The notes under the pieces were generated by a model. It made no database searches. It worked only from the letters and a program-made list of their open reading frames with translations, and was not told where the DNA came from. From Octopus bimaculoides (lineage: Eukaryota), in contig NC_068990.1 in NCBI RefSeq assembly GCF_001194135.2, forward strand, positions 65,319,191 through 65,383,190: 64,000 nt of DNA, in the 5' to 3' direction. The translations under genes and the position numbers were made by a program. Positions 37,864 to 51,627 of the stretch are shown piece after piece (the stretch's first letter is position 1; every line of letters starts with the position of its first letter).

Positions 37864-40800
37864 GGTGGTGGTGGTAGTGATTGGATAGTAAAAAGTGTAT
37901 TTCTTTTTAATTGAACTCAGTTTTTTATATCACCTATCACTTTTAACACATGCATATGAGTGCAATTCCGTGAAATATTCAAGCTTATTTACGTGGCAGA
38001 TGTATGCAATTTAGCTAAAGGTTAAACCATATTTATAGGATATTTTTTCTTTTGCGTATGGGGAAAATGGAAAAGTAAGAGTGAATATTTATTTTATGAG
38101 TGCTGTGTATTAAGTCTATAAAATTGTGCATAAAGTATATAAAGTGTATATGTAAAATGCATTAAGTAATCATTGTATTCCAATTTCTTTCACTTTTCAA
38201 TGAGTAGCAGATGAGCAACTATCTTTCCATACAGACACAACATAGGCTACACTTTCAGGTTTTTTGGATAAAGTTTCCAGAAATAACCCAATAGGTTTAC
38301 TACTAGTTCCATGAAATATTCATAGGTCCTGCTAGTCTATAATTATATATATTTTTTAAGGAATTAAAATCGTCAATTTTGAAGTTAGATATCAGAATCT
38401 AGGGAAATTTGTGATGGTTTGTATCTACAAATAATTCAAACATTGAAATGAATTTTATGCCTTGGTGAAAAAGGAAAGCCAAACATTTCAGACAGCACTC
38501 TTCATCAATGGTAGAGGTTAAATGTTTAACTGTGCTGTAGCAAAAATAGAGTAAAGTATAATAATGTTAAAGAGTAAGATAGAAGAGGAAGTTAAGAGAG
38601 GACTTTGAGAGGTAATAAGTTAGTGAAGCCAAACAAATGGTCAAATTGAAGAGAAAATAAAGAGTCCAAGTAGACTTGAAAAATGTTGAGAGGAATCACT
38701 ATGCACACACACCTGTACATATACACATACATATGCATCTAAATACAATGTGTCAGCTGTATAGATCCATGCTTCACACCCATACAGGAGAGTGGAAACA
38801 TAGACTGTTTGGTAGGTAAAAGCCTTGGGATGAAGTTAGAGATGGTTATTGGGAAAAATATTTTCCAAAGGCTGCAGAATCTCCTCATCCAGAGTGCAAT
38901 CATTGGAATTATGCTTTTGAGGTATTTGAATCAAAAAGGCATTGTTAGTTGTTGCTTTTGTGCTGAGGTTGAGAAAGAGAGTAGACAGATGACTTGAGTT
39001 TTCTGGACATTAATTGTTGGTCCATTTCTTTTATAAGCTGTAACAACTGCTGAGAGAGTGGTTTGTAGAGCTTCCAGAATGTGATCCACCAGAATATGGT
39101 CATTACCACAAAGCAGTTCAATGATCAATTCATACCTGACCTTAGTGGTGGCAGGCAGCCCTCAGTTGTTAAAAACACTCACATTGAATTGAATGTTCGT
39201 AGTAACTCCCTGATGTATATAACGCATATATTGAAAGTATCAAACAGAGCAGAAGTTGGGATGAAATCTTGTCTGGTTCCTGTTTTTACACTGAAGCTCT
39301 TAGATTTCAGACTGCTAATTACAACTTAGGCCCTTATATGAAACTGGTATGAGGGATTTGTGAAAACGGGTAAGTGCTAAATGTAGAGAATGCATGGGAG
39401 AAGGAGAGGGCTATCCAAATTGACAGTAGCTTAATAGATAAAACAATTAAGGATATGAAAACAGGAAAAGCCCCTAGCTTATCAGGGATCACTGCTGAGA
39501 TGCTCAAAAACATCTGGTAGGGTGGATATGGCCTAGTCACTCATATAGCTAACAAAGTAGTCTATGAGGGAATCATAGCAAACAACTGGTGTAGCAGCAT
39601 TATAGTTAAATGCTACAAAGGTAAATTTGACACCTTAGACAGGAATAATTACAGAGGTAACAAATTGCTGGATCAGGTGATTAAAATTACAGAGAGGGTC
39701 ATAGCTCAACTAATTAGGAAGAGAGTTAGCCTTGATGAGATGCAGTTTGGTTTTGTGCCAGGGAGAAGCACTACTGATGCTATCTTCCTGGTGAGATAAC
39801 TGCAGAAGTACTTAGCCAAACATAAACCTTAGTATTTGGCTTTTATTGATATGGAGAAAGCTTTTGACAGGGTTCCCCACTCCCTTATCTGGTGGACAGT
39901 GCAGAAGCTAGGGATAGATGAATAGTTGGTGAGAGCTGTACAAGCCATGTACAGGGATGCTGTCAGTAAAGTGGAAGTCGGCAATGAATATAGCCATGAA
40001 TTTAGTGTGCTGGTAAGAGATCATCAATGATAGATTCTCAGCTCTCTTTTGTTTATCATAGTCTGTAGTCCTTCACGCTATAACAGAGGAATTTAAGATA
40101 TACTTCTTTTTGATGACCTTGTTCTTAAAGCTGAATCACTACCTGAACTAAAGAAGAAATTTCAGGTGTGGAAGCAAGGTCTGGAATCAAATGGCTTTAG
40201 GGTTAATTTAGCAAAAGTCCTAAGTCCTAGTACACAAATCACTGATCCATTTAGAAAGATGTTCATGCTTGATTTGTAGAAAAGGTGTTGGTAGAAACTT
40301 TATACGAGGTACCCAGTGCAAGTTATGGACAGATAAGAGATGCAGCAGTATCATAGGAAAGTTAACAGAGAAAGTAGTCTTTGTATGTGACAGATGATGT
40401 GCAGGTGCATTAAACACTAGACTGAAATTTGTGAGAAAGTTTTCATGTTGTGCAATACATGAAAACAGCATTTGTTCTCCTTAGTATTGTTGTGTGTGAA
40501 AGCATCTCAGCTGAGTATTGTGTGCATTGTGGCTGTATACGCTGTACAGATACAACACAGCTGTTAGTGAAATATTTGAGAGCATAAGAGTAATGAAGTT
40601 TGTGTGTTAAATGTAGATGCACTGAAGTTTTGGGACAGAAGTTGTTGGGCAGTAAAATGATGCCTTGATTAAGCAATGATCAGATGACTGATTGGTGAAA
40701 GTAATGATGATGTAGGATAAAGAAATATAAACACTCGGTTTAAATTACTGATGTGCCTACAATGTTTATTTTCAACTAAAGTTAACTATGAAATATACCC

Positions 40801-41695
40801 AAATATATATTTGGGTATATTTAATTAATCCATAAATTAATTAAATAAATTAATTAAATTAATCCATAAATTAATTAAATAAATTAAATTAATCCATAAA
40901 TTAATTAAATAAATTAACTTCACTAGATACATTAAAACAGTGATAGATAGCTGTCATGTTTACTCTACAACCTCACTATGCACAATAAAAGCGGAATTGA
41001 TTTGATGCTGCTGTTTCTAGTTTATTAACCTTTGACAATCAAATACCCAACATTTTACGCCCACTGTGAAATTGTACTTGAAGCTACTGTTATAAGGTTT
41101 AAATTAAGCAAGCTAATTTGAATATTACATAAACTTTCAACTGTTAGTTCTGTTACATTTTTGTTATGGATGTGGTAATAGTTTTTATTTTTCATATTAA
41201 AATTACACATGGGGTATACCCAAAACTTTTAGCAATTACTACATTCACAAATTAATTTTTAAAATGATTAGATGTACCTGATATACAATTTAGTCTGTTT
41301 GATTTAGTTATAAGTGTAACAGCAGATACTTCAATTATGCAATTATGCAGAGGTTACTGATGAAGTTTAATAAACTAGAAACAGTATTATTCAGTCAATC
41401 TCTCTTTTACTCTTTATGGTAAGGCTGTATAGTAAATATGACCATCATCTATGACTGTCTCATGTATCCAGTGAATTTAATTTATTTACAAATGCAGTGA
41501 TAGCTAAAATATCCCAGAGTGAGCTTTGGTACTGGGTTTCAAGAAGAGTGCTTGGAGAATCAGTAACTTGTTTATATGTATATATTAGTAGAAAGGAAGA
41601 TGTCCAGCTGGGTAACGATCATATTGTTACTACTAACATTGATAATTAAGAGATATGTCCCAGAAATCATATTAAAATATTTTTGAAATACTTAC

Positions 41696-41844
41696 CTCAA
41701 AAACAGTCTCTGAATTGTCTTGAATACTTTTAAAAAAAGAATGATATTCATAGGTATGGTTCAGGCCTTGTTTTACACCTGTTTGTTCCAAGGTAAAACG
41801 AATGGGACTTCCAGCAACACCTCCAATATTTATCCATTCATTTG
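41696..41844 (-). CDS. Coding exon 5
   Basis: ctttatttttcag| ... GAG|gtaagt; 149 nt, phase 1/0. NEWINIGGVAGSPIRFTLEQTGVKQGLNHTYEYHSFFKSIQDNSETVFE. Confidence 0.9.
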
Positions 41845-42524
41845 CTGAAAAATAAAGATATCAAAAATCTATATTTCTATTACTGGTTATATTATATATA
41901 TAGATATTTTTTGACTAGACACAAGGATATTTAATTAGCTTGACAACAGCATATTACAGATGCTTATTTCATAAATCTTGTCCCTTGCAAAACATGATCA
42001 CATGATATTTATTTCTATTGGTTCAGTCAACTCACTATGCCTGTACAATTTTTGAGAGGACTGGTATTTAAGACGAACAGCTTGATGTTCCATTAACAAG
42101 AATATGAAATCTTTCAAATGAGAAAAAAATCTCATAGAAAGATCAAAATACATTTTTATAAAAATCATTCCAGAATTTTTACAAAAACTTAAGAAATAAA
42201 TATATTATAAATAATTAAAAAGTCATTTAAAGGTGAAAACGTTTTCCACTACTACAACTGAATTTTTGTAAAGTATTTCAAAATTTTAAAAATCTTTCTA
42301 CTAATTTAAGATGTCATACATTTTCTTGATATTATAAAGTCAATTATCAATTTTTATATACAACATAACATTTAAGTTAAACACATGTTCTAAGTCCTCT
42401 AATGATTCACCTTGAACATGACTGAAATTTTTTTGAAGTTGATGATGAAGTCATTTTATTTATAGTTCACTGGGAACATTAAAAGTTTACTAGAACAGCA
42501 GTGAGAAATGGACAATATTGATTT

Positions 42525-42730
42525 CAAATTTTGGCACAGGGCCAGCAATTTCAGGGCAGGGTTAAGTCAATTACATCGACCTCAGTACCAAATAGGTACT
42601 TATTTTATTGATCCTGAAAGAACGAATGGCAAAGTCAACTTCTGCAGAATTTGAACTCAGAACACAAAAATGGACGAAATGCTGCTAAGCATTTTGCCTG
42701 GGGTGCTAATGATTCTGCCAGCTCACCACC
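42525..42730 (-). mobile_element. SINE of a second family; plus-strand copy at about 61950-62165
   Basis: gctggcagaatYRttagca...gttctgagttYaaatt...gtcgactttgcc is shared in opposite orientations. Confidence 0.75.
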
Positions 42731-43114
42731 TGGACAATATTAATCATTTACTAGTCTTATTTTAATTATTTTGGCAAGTATGAAAACTACACCTGACATG
42801 TTTCAAATCTCATCAGTTAAGTATAGTTTTCAACATACTTGTTAAAGTAGTGAGAGAATCATTATGTAAGTGTACAATATCTATATTATCATTGTATGTG
42901 TTCCTGCAGTGATATATAATTAGTTAAATTTAATTATTTCTATTCAACCATGAATTTGCATGATTTTTATATCGCTGTTCGAAATGATCGTCTGCATGAA
43001 TTAAAATTCTCTTACATCTTAACATCTTCTCTTCTTCATTTTTAACAAATTTGTTGAGTTTTATGGGATTTCTTTCCATAAATTCACTACACACACAATA
43101 TATATATATATATA

Positions 43115-44374
43115 CAGGGTGTGTAAGATATTTGAAGACAAATTTATGTTTATTAAAAAACAGATATATAATAACAGATAACTTTATCAAAAAATGCTAT
43201 GAGTATAAAAATAAACCTTCTTTTCTATAATGTTATTCAATAAAGCCACCTTCAGCTTCAACAGCTGCTTCTGTATGAGATCTAAATCATCTAGATGCTC
43301 GAACCAAGTGGTCCTGGTTCATTTTGGATGTTACTCTGACTATGGCAGCTTTCAAAGAATCTTTGGTGTTATGGGCATTTTCATTAACTTCTCTCTCAAA
43401 AATGCTCCACATGTAATAGTCCAATGGATTGAGATCTGGAGAATTAGGAGGCCAAATGTTAGGGGTCATGTGATCATGAAAATTTTCAGCCATCCATTCT
43501 TGTGTTACTAGAGTTATGTGTGATAGTGCAGAGTCTTACTGAAACACATATGGCCTTCCATTGCATATACTGTCTATCTAGGGCTTAACAATTATTTCCA
43601 GGACTTCAATGTAGGTGGAAGAGTTAACTCTAAAGCCTTGTGGAAAGAAGTAAGGAGGCATCACATGTCCTTCATTGCTGACAACCCCAAAAACCATAAC
43701 AGTTGCAGGAAATGTTGTATGCATAACACTTGGAACTTCAGAAGGGTTTGCACATAACCATTTGTCATTTCTTCTGTTGACTTTTTGATCTTGGTTGAAG
43801 TTTTTCTCGTTTGAGAAAAAACAAATCAAATCTTCTTCTGTTGGATTTTTCAGTTTGTTTAAGAACCTTTTAGATCTGATGTAGTGATTTTCTTTTGTTT
43901 TTTTTCTGACAAATTGACCTTTCCTCATCATATAAGATTTGTATCTGATGTCTTTGTGGACAACATTTCTCACTGTTCCTTCTGACACATGGAGATCTTT
44001 TGCAATTGACCGCATGGACTTTCTGGGATTGTAATCAATGATCTGTTGAATTTGCTGGATAAATTCGGGTGTTCTGCTGATTTCAGAATGTTTAGAATGC
44101 ATTTTATGCTTTGATACTTGTGACGTGTTTCCATCTTCAGTCTCTAGCTCCTTACAAACTTTGGAGATGAAAAATCTGGCAACTTTTAAAAGTTGAAATG
44201 TTTCTAAATCTCTATGCTCAGCCTTTATAACTACAATAACAGCATGCCTCTTCATTTCTTGAGTAAGTTGAGGATCTACTATTATTATTTTCTGAAGCAA
44301 AGATTATACAGAGTTAGCAAAATATGCAGCAATAACCCCAAAAAGGTATGTCTTCAAATATCTTGTGCACCCTG
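43115..44374 (-). mobile_element. Full-length DD37D (maT-type) Tc1/mariner element, pseudogenised
   Basis: TIR CAGGGTGTGTAAGATATTTGAAGACA vs CAGGGTGCACAAGATATTTGAAGACA, TA flanks. The transposase reads through two in-frame stops (KP*IDS, FQ*DSA). 37 residues lie between DSA and PLD, and the first catalytic D is mutated (FSNEK). Confidence 0.9.
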
Positions 44375-45149
44375 TATATATATATGAATAAGTTCCATCT
44401 TGTTAATTCATCTTTTGTTTTCTTAAACATATAGAAAAGCAAAGTAAAAAGCAATACTTTCTAAGTTCATTTTGAAGTACACTTCTGATTAAATGGCAAG
44501 ATTTCAAAAGAATTTTTTATATTCTTTGCTTGTATTTATACATTAACATAATATATTAACATAATGCTTTCAAACAAGCTGACTTGATTTGTGGAATTTC
44601 TATGTGTCTTGCTTGTAGTACAATAATTGGCATAGAAAATTAGGATATTTTAGAAAATAAATTACTCAAAGAATTTTTTTTTTATCTAGATAATATCTCT
44701 GCATCAATTATTCTTTCAAAAATTCCAATTTTATATAACAATCAGTGTTCAATATTTTATATTTCATTAGAGGTATCCTCTTCATTAGAGGTATCCTCTT
44801 CATTCCTATGGCAAGCACTGCGAAATTTGTTTTGCTAAAGTGGTCAATTAAGAATAAAATGTATTTTCTCCCATACTTATCAAAATAATCAAAATATCAT
44901 TAGTCATTGACTAATGTCTTTTGTTCACTACATAATTATTTCTAGTTAACCTTTTTAATGTTTCCTGCATCAAACATGTTAACTCTAAATCTATTGTTGC
45001 TTTTTTAAAGTAGACAGCATATCTTAAGCTGGTTCCAAAATTGGATATATACATGATGTTCAAGCAAAATTTGACAGTTTCCATAAAAGGAAAATAAAGC
45101 ACAATATCTCATCCAGAAGTAAAAATATCAGAAAATATCAAATAATATC

Positions 45150-45830
45150 AACTAGATTATGGTTGAGAGACAACTGTTTACTCAGAGCAGCCACCTTTAG
45201 CTTCCACCATAGCTTCATGATGGCTTCAGAACCTGACACATGCATTCCTCACTGTGTCCTTGGGAAGATCTTTGAGCACCTTCTTGATCTGGGCTGCCAG
45301 TTTGACATTGGCATTGCAGGCAGAGAAGTTGGTGTCTTTCTCAACTGTGCCCCATGCATAGTAATTGATGGGAGAATTAGAAGGCCAGAAACCAGGGCTG
45401 GTGAAGTTGTAGAAATTCTCCAACAGCCACTTCTAATTCTTTCTGGATATATGGCAAGGAGCCAATCCCTACTGTCACATATATAGTCTTCCAGCAGCAA
45501 CCCTCTTTAGCCAGAGCTAGACCAGTCTCCAGCAGCCTCACATAGCCATCTGAATTAAGCCTAAGGCTCTGTTTAAAGATATAGAGCAGCATGATATCAC
45601 CCTCACTGGTGACACACTTAAAGACATTCACAGTCCTGCTGGCCATGGTTTCATAGTCTCCATTGTAGCTGTCCATGTCACATCTTATAGCCTTTACAGT
45701 GTTCACAGAGCACTGAGCAGCAGTCATAGTGTCAGCATTATAATACCTGGAGCAAATCATCATGATGCAGGTAACTCTTTTCTGATATTCAGCTGGTTTC
45801 CAGCTTTTTTTCACCTACAACTTTAATCTT
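45150..45830 (-). mobile_element. Deleted Tc1/mariner (DD37D-like) transposase remnant
   Basis: VTSEGDIMLLYIFKQSLRLNSDGYVRLLE and FWPSNSPINYYAWGTVEKDTN fragments. Confidence 0.7.
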
Positions 45831-46219
45831 TATGCTTTCCAATGCCACTGACTGTTCACTTAATCTAAGCCTGCTGTACCAACTATTAAAATTAATTGCT
45901 CATACACCAAATTCAATAATACATATGGATAAATGACTGATGAAATGAAGTTAAAGAGTTTTAGTCATAGAAAACAAAGTAATTATTGTTTTAGTAGTTT
46001 TCATTATATTTATTAACAAGTCTGTTTTACCTTTTGTTGATTGGCCAGTAATTTCATAAAGAAAGGAGACATAAAAAAGTTGTTAAATTGGGCCAGAATA
46101 TCCTGTATATATTTTGAATATAGATACAGAATTACTCAAGTATATGATTAAATAAATCAATAACTACTCTATCTTTATTTCTAGAAAATAAAATTAATTA
46201 AGTTTGATTTGATACTTAC

Positions 46220-46322
46220 CAGCAAAATTCATAGTCAGTTTAAATTTTGTGGATTGCCACTCAATATTTGCAACAAAAGTTTTTACAGGTATTCCCCTTA
46301 TGATATTTTTTCCACTGGAGAA
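46220..46322 (-). CDS. Coding exon 4
   Basis: ctttcttttttataaaag| ... GCTG|gtaagt; 103 nt, phase 0/1. FSSGKNIIRGIPVKTFVANIEWQSTKFKLTMNFA(A). Confidence 0.9.
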
Positions 46323-46628
46323 CTTTTATAAAAAAGAAAGCAATAAGTCATTTATTTCATAATTTCTTTTATAAATATTTTTTTTTCTATCTATAAAATA
46401 GAAGGTTTTAACAATGAAATATACAAGAAAGTATAGTATTATGCTTAATCTAAACATGCTGTACTAACTATTGAAATTAATTGCTCAACCACCAAATTCA
46501 ATAATACATATGGATAAATAAATGTACTGACATGACTGATTAAATGAAGTTAAAGAGTTTTAGTCATAGAAAACAAAGCAATTAATGTTTTAGTAGTTTT
46601 CATATATTTAATAACAAATCTGTTTTAC

Positions 46629-46765
46629 CATTCGTGAATTGGCTAGTAATTTCATAACACTTGATGAGCGGTAAATAAACTTCTTGTTTGACAAATTTAT
46701 TTCTCCAAAGGGGTAGGTACCGTTTATTGGTGAAATACCAGATACTTTGCATTGACGTTTACCAT
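46629..46765 (-). CDS. Coding exon 3
   Basis: attttacag| ... ATG|gtaaaa; 137 nt, phase 1/0. GKRQCKVSGISPINGTYPFGEINLSNKKFIYRSSSVMKLLANSRM. Confidence 0.85.
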
Positions 46766-47073
46766 CTGTAAAATATATATATATATTTATATATATGAAA
46801 AAGAGGGATTAAAAAATCCAGGTAGATAAAGAACTCAGTTTTACAAGAATTTGGTCAACAATATCCAACAATTAGACACCAGTAAATGTAAGTAGAATGC
46901 ATATCCAAGGTAAATCCTCATGTATGACAAGTAAATCCAAATATCCTTCAGCAGAATTTTGAGAAATTTGGAGTATTTAACAACAAAAAATATGTATAGA
47001 GACAATTACATCTTTATTATAGATCTCATCTTATAAAACTGAAAATTGTTTCTCTTTTATTAACATATATAAA

Positions 47074-47121
<48 letters not shown>

Positions 47122-48167
47122 CAAATATCATTAAAATTAATAAATATTTCTGGAAATATATGTTAACACAATGTTATCAAGGTGAATCCAAAGTTAGTGA
47201 AATTTGAATTGAACATAGGAAATATTACCAGTATGTAAACGCCTACAAAAAGAACACTTAAAGTAAATTCAACCTAAGACATTGCTGTATTTAACTAATG
47301 GTGACGTTAGTAGATAAAGAAAAATTATAAAAATAAAAAATAAACATATTTAAGAAAGGTCATTTTTGTATTCAACTATTAGTGACATCAGTGGATAAGG
47401 AAATAATAAAAAAACAGACATAAGGATTCTACATTACAACAATTAGAAACTTAGAGAAATATAATCTAAAAAACGCCATTTTTTATTCAACTATTGGTGA
47501 CATCACTGGATAAACTAAAGAATAACAAATAAACATAAGAATTCTACATTATAATGATTAGAAGCATGGATATTTTACATCACAACAATTAGTTATCTAT
47601 TTATTAGATGCAGTAAATTCTTCTAAAGAATTAACCTTATTAAATAATATATGAAAAGCTATTATCATTAAAAATTGAAATATTTGAATGTCTATCGAAA
47701 TTTATGGCAACGTTTTATTGTAAAGTTCCCATTAAAATTCAATAAAATTAATTTAGAAATAATTATATAATGCATTTCTTCAAGGCAAAAATCATATGTA
47801 GAATTATCAATATTGTATGATGATGCATAACTAATAACAAACCACTTCAAGTCATACTTAATCATACTTCTCATTTTTTAAACCCCAAATGCATTTTCTA
47901 AGATTTGTAGAATTACTTTTTCTTCTACACTTAAATGAATGAGAATGATTATGAAATCTAGATTTTCAATTTGTAGCAGATGAACCAATATAATAATACT
48001 TACAATACCCTGTTATTACCTTACAGTGATAGACTATATTTTTCTTTAAACACTGATTTTCTTAGTGGCATATAATTTTGTTTTTACAATTACACAAGCA
48101 TTTATTCATTTGTATAATTAAAAGAATTTCTACAAGTTTTCCTCACAGAATTAAGAGTTAAGTTGGA

Positions 48168-48244
<77 letters not shown>

Positions 48245-48390
48245 AGCAAGGAGATCGAAACCTGGTTCAGGAAGATTATTGTTAAAGTGAATTTCACAAT
48301 ACACGTTATCTGTTCTACCATTGTTTATAGATTTAGAGTTGAGATATTCCCTGATACTCTGTTTATTGTGTGCTGCTATATGTATATATA

Positions 48391-49646
48391 TCAGGTCATA
48401 AAAAATGAAAAGTTCGATTTTGAACTGAAAGTTTATTTTACTTTATCTCAAAAAAAATAAAAAAGCAATGCAGTTAATCAAACTATACACCTAAATTATG
48501 AACCCCATTTTGCCATTTTATTGGCAGTTTATTAATGCCTGCAGCGAAGAATTCTGGAGAGCAAGAGGTCATGAAATCACGAAAGGCTGTTTTTGCATCT
48601 TCAGATTTGAAGTTTTTTTCTTTGCAAACAGTTGCCTAATGCCTGGAAAACGTGATAGTCATTTGGTGCAAGGTCTGGTGAATATGGTGGATGACAGATT
48701 AGTTCCAAGTTCAGTTCCTGCAACTTGAGTAGCGTTCTTTATGCTACATGTGGTCAAGCATTGTCTTGCAAGAGATTTGGTCTGTCTATATTAACCAATC
48801 TTGGTTGTTTAATTGCAAGTTCACTCATCCTTTCACCCAAGTGGTTGATGTATACATCCGCTGTAATTGATTTACCAGGTCTCATGAAGCTGTAGTGGAT
48901 GACACCAGCACTGGACCACAAATCAGACACCATTAGCTTTTTTTGAGGAACATTCTTTTTTGGATTGTGCTTTGGTACTTTGTCTCTATCCAACAACTGT
49001 ACAGAATGCTTACTATTGTTGAAAAGAATCCATTTTTCATCACACATAACAATATGATGCAAAAATGGTTCACTTTTATGCTGTGACAGCAATGAACAAT
49101 AAGTTTCAAGACGACGTGTCATTTGGTGCTCGTTCAATTTGTGTGGTACCCACTTTGTTTCAGATGGTCCAGTACAGTTGAAATCGAAACATCAAACCTT
49201 GCTGCTAACTCATGTGTAGTTTGAGGTGTATCTGCTTCCACTACAGTTTCCAGCTCATCATTATCCACCTTGGTCTCAGGTCTACCATGGGGCTGATTTT
49301 CAAGAGTAAAGTCACCAGACTGGAACTTCTCAACTCATCAACGTATGATGCACTCATTCACTACATCCTCACCTCATTGATGTTTTGAGCTGTCTGGGAT
49401 GCATTGGTTCCACGACGGAACTCATATTCATAAACAACATGAAATTTTTATCTATCCATGAGTTCACAAAAATTGATTTACAAGAGAAAACTCACAATAT
49501 AATCAGACACCATGAATTGCATTTTGAAAAGTGTTGATGTAACTCTTAATTGTTGTAAAACAGAATTGTCAGGATAAAACATTAGAGTTAATGATTGTCA
49601 AACTTGGTGCATAAAGAAATCGAACATTTCAGTCTTAATGACCTGA
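48391..49646 (-). mobile_element. Full-length mariner (DD34D type), pseudogenised
   Basis: TIR TCAGGTCATAAAAAATGAAAAGTTCGATTT vs TCAGGTCATTAAGACTGAAATGTTCGATTT, TA flanks. ORF 48754-49137 has IVMCDEKWI and LLQDNA. Confidence 0.9.
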
Positions 49647-50692
49647 TATATATACTGAATGAAGGTGCACAGCAGATTATACTGGGTTGCATGCACAGTT
49701 GCACCTATTCTGTACAGCAGAAACATGTGTCAGTCATTTTAACCAACTAATGATGCTGTATGATCAACTGTAAAATTAAAAGAAAAATTTGATGATGTGC
49801 CAGTCTCCATATTCTTTATAACTGTTTGAAATTTACACTCTTGATAATATTGATAATCCAGAGAAGTGAACCTGGAGTTACCTACTCATCAGAAGAATTA
49901 CAACAGGATTGCTAATGCTAAGTGACCAATGATGTTTATTATCATCTGATGCAGTTAACCATGACCTGGAATATACTTAAGAGCTATCACTTTACTCGTC
50001 TGGATAATTTATCTCTATATACTCACCTTATATATATATATATTAGGTGAGTATATAGGAATAAATATATGTATACACAAGGAGGTGTTGAAAAGTTCCT
50101 GACTTTAAAGGTATCACGAAAGGCCTGGCTGGAGGCCCAACCTTCTGAGTTCTTTTACAGAGCTTAGAAAAACAGAAGGACCACTGCAGTAAGTGTGTGA
50201 ACCTGAGAGGCGAATATGTTGAATAACATCATAATTAATTGATCATCCTGTTTTTTTCTTTTACCCAAAGCTAGGAACTTTCTGCACTCCCTGATATATG
50301 ATGCAAAAGAATAGAGATTTCAAGATCAGGGTAGATTCTTTATGAGCACTTTTTGTAATCCAAACTTGGCTAACCATATTGACCAGTCGAAAACATAAAC
50401 AATTGTTCTGAGTTAACTTCAAAGCATTACTCATAAAATTCCAGACACAATAAACAATTGGAAATTACACATCTTTTTATCGTTTACTTGTTTCAGCCGT
50501 TAGACTGCAACCGTGCTGGAACACCACCTTGAAGAATTTTAGTCTAACTTATTGACCCTAGTACATATTTTCTTTTTTGTAAAGTCTGGTACTTCCTCTA
50601 TTAGCCTCCCTTGCTGAATTGCTAAGTTACAGGTATGTAAACATGCCAAGACTAGTTGTCAAGTGGTCGTGGGGGATAAACATATACACAAA

Positions 50693-50751
<59 letters not shown>

Positions 50752-51567
50752 CTATGATAGGCTTCTTTCAGTTTCTGCCTAACAAATCCACTCACAAGGC
50801 ATTGGTAAGCCCAAAGTTATAGTAGAAGACACTTGCCCAAGGTGCTACACAGTGGGATTGAACCTGGAACCATGTAGTTGGGAAGCAAACTTCTTAAATA
50901 AGGAGCCAACACAGGTTTCTGTTATTTGAGTGTCTTAGATGCAATGGTTCAATGTAATCAATTGATTCATAGTAAATCAATTTTAGTACTATGTAGAGCT
51001 AAAGGTAGATGTAGGAACATAATTTTTTCAAGGCATTCATCATTTGGAGGCTGAAGTGAACTAATGGTTGTAGTAGCTGAGGAAGTGACCAAAACTTTGT
51101 ACAGGGTGAGGGAAAGAGATGGTAAAGGAAGGAGATGATAGGAATTTGTAGGTAGTGATGAAATTTGCTATGTTAAGAGTTCTAGTTGTATTTAAACACA
51201 AGCTGACCTCAGTGGACATTAAAAAGATAGATAAATAAGTAGATTAAGTAGATAAATATAATTTCATTTAAGAAGGAGCAACTTATTTATGTCAGAATGG
51301 TTCAACTCACTGATCACTGATGCTAAATACAATATAAATGAACAAGATACACAAATTAGACATATAATAAGATATTAGAAGTATTTGAAGAAGGAAAGCA
51401 ATATTGTTGTTAAAGGGTAACAAAATTATACCTATAATAAAAATATTAATAATTGAATTATAGTACACACTAAAAGAACTGAAAGGAATTATGTCAAAAG
51501 GATTAGTAAAGAGAAAAGAAACAATCACAAAACTGCCTAGGTAGTGAAACATCAACACCATCATCAA

Positions 51568-51627
<60 letters not shown>

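Noticed and set aside
47288-47555. Three diverged ~100-bp AT-rich tandem units (tattcaactatt.gtgacatca.tggataa)
   Set aside because: An old local duplication with no spacer structure (not CRISPR-like) and no coding or RNA signal.
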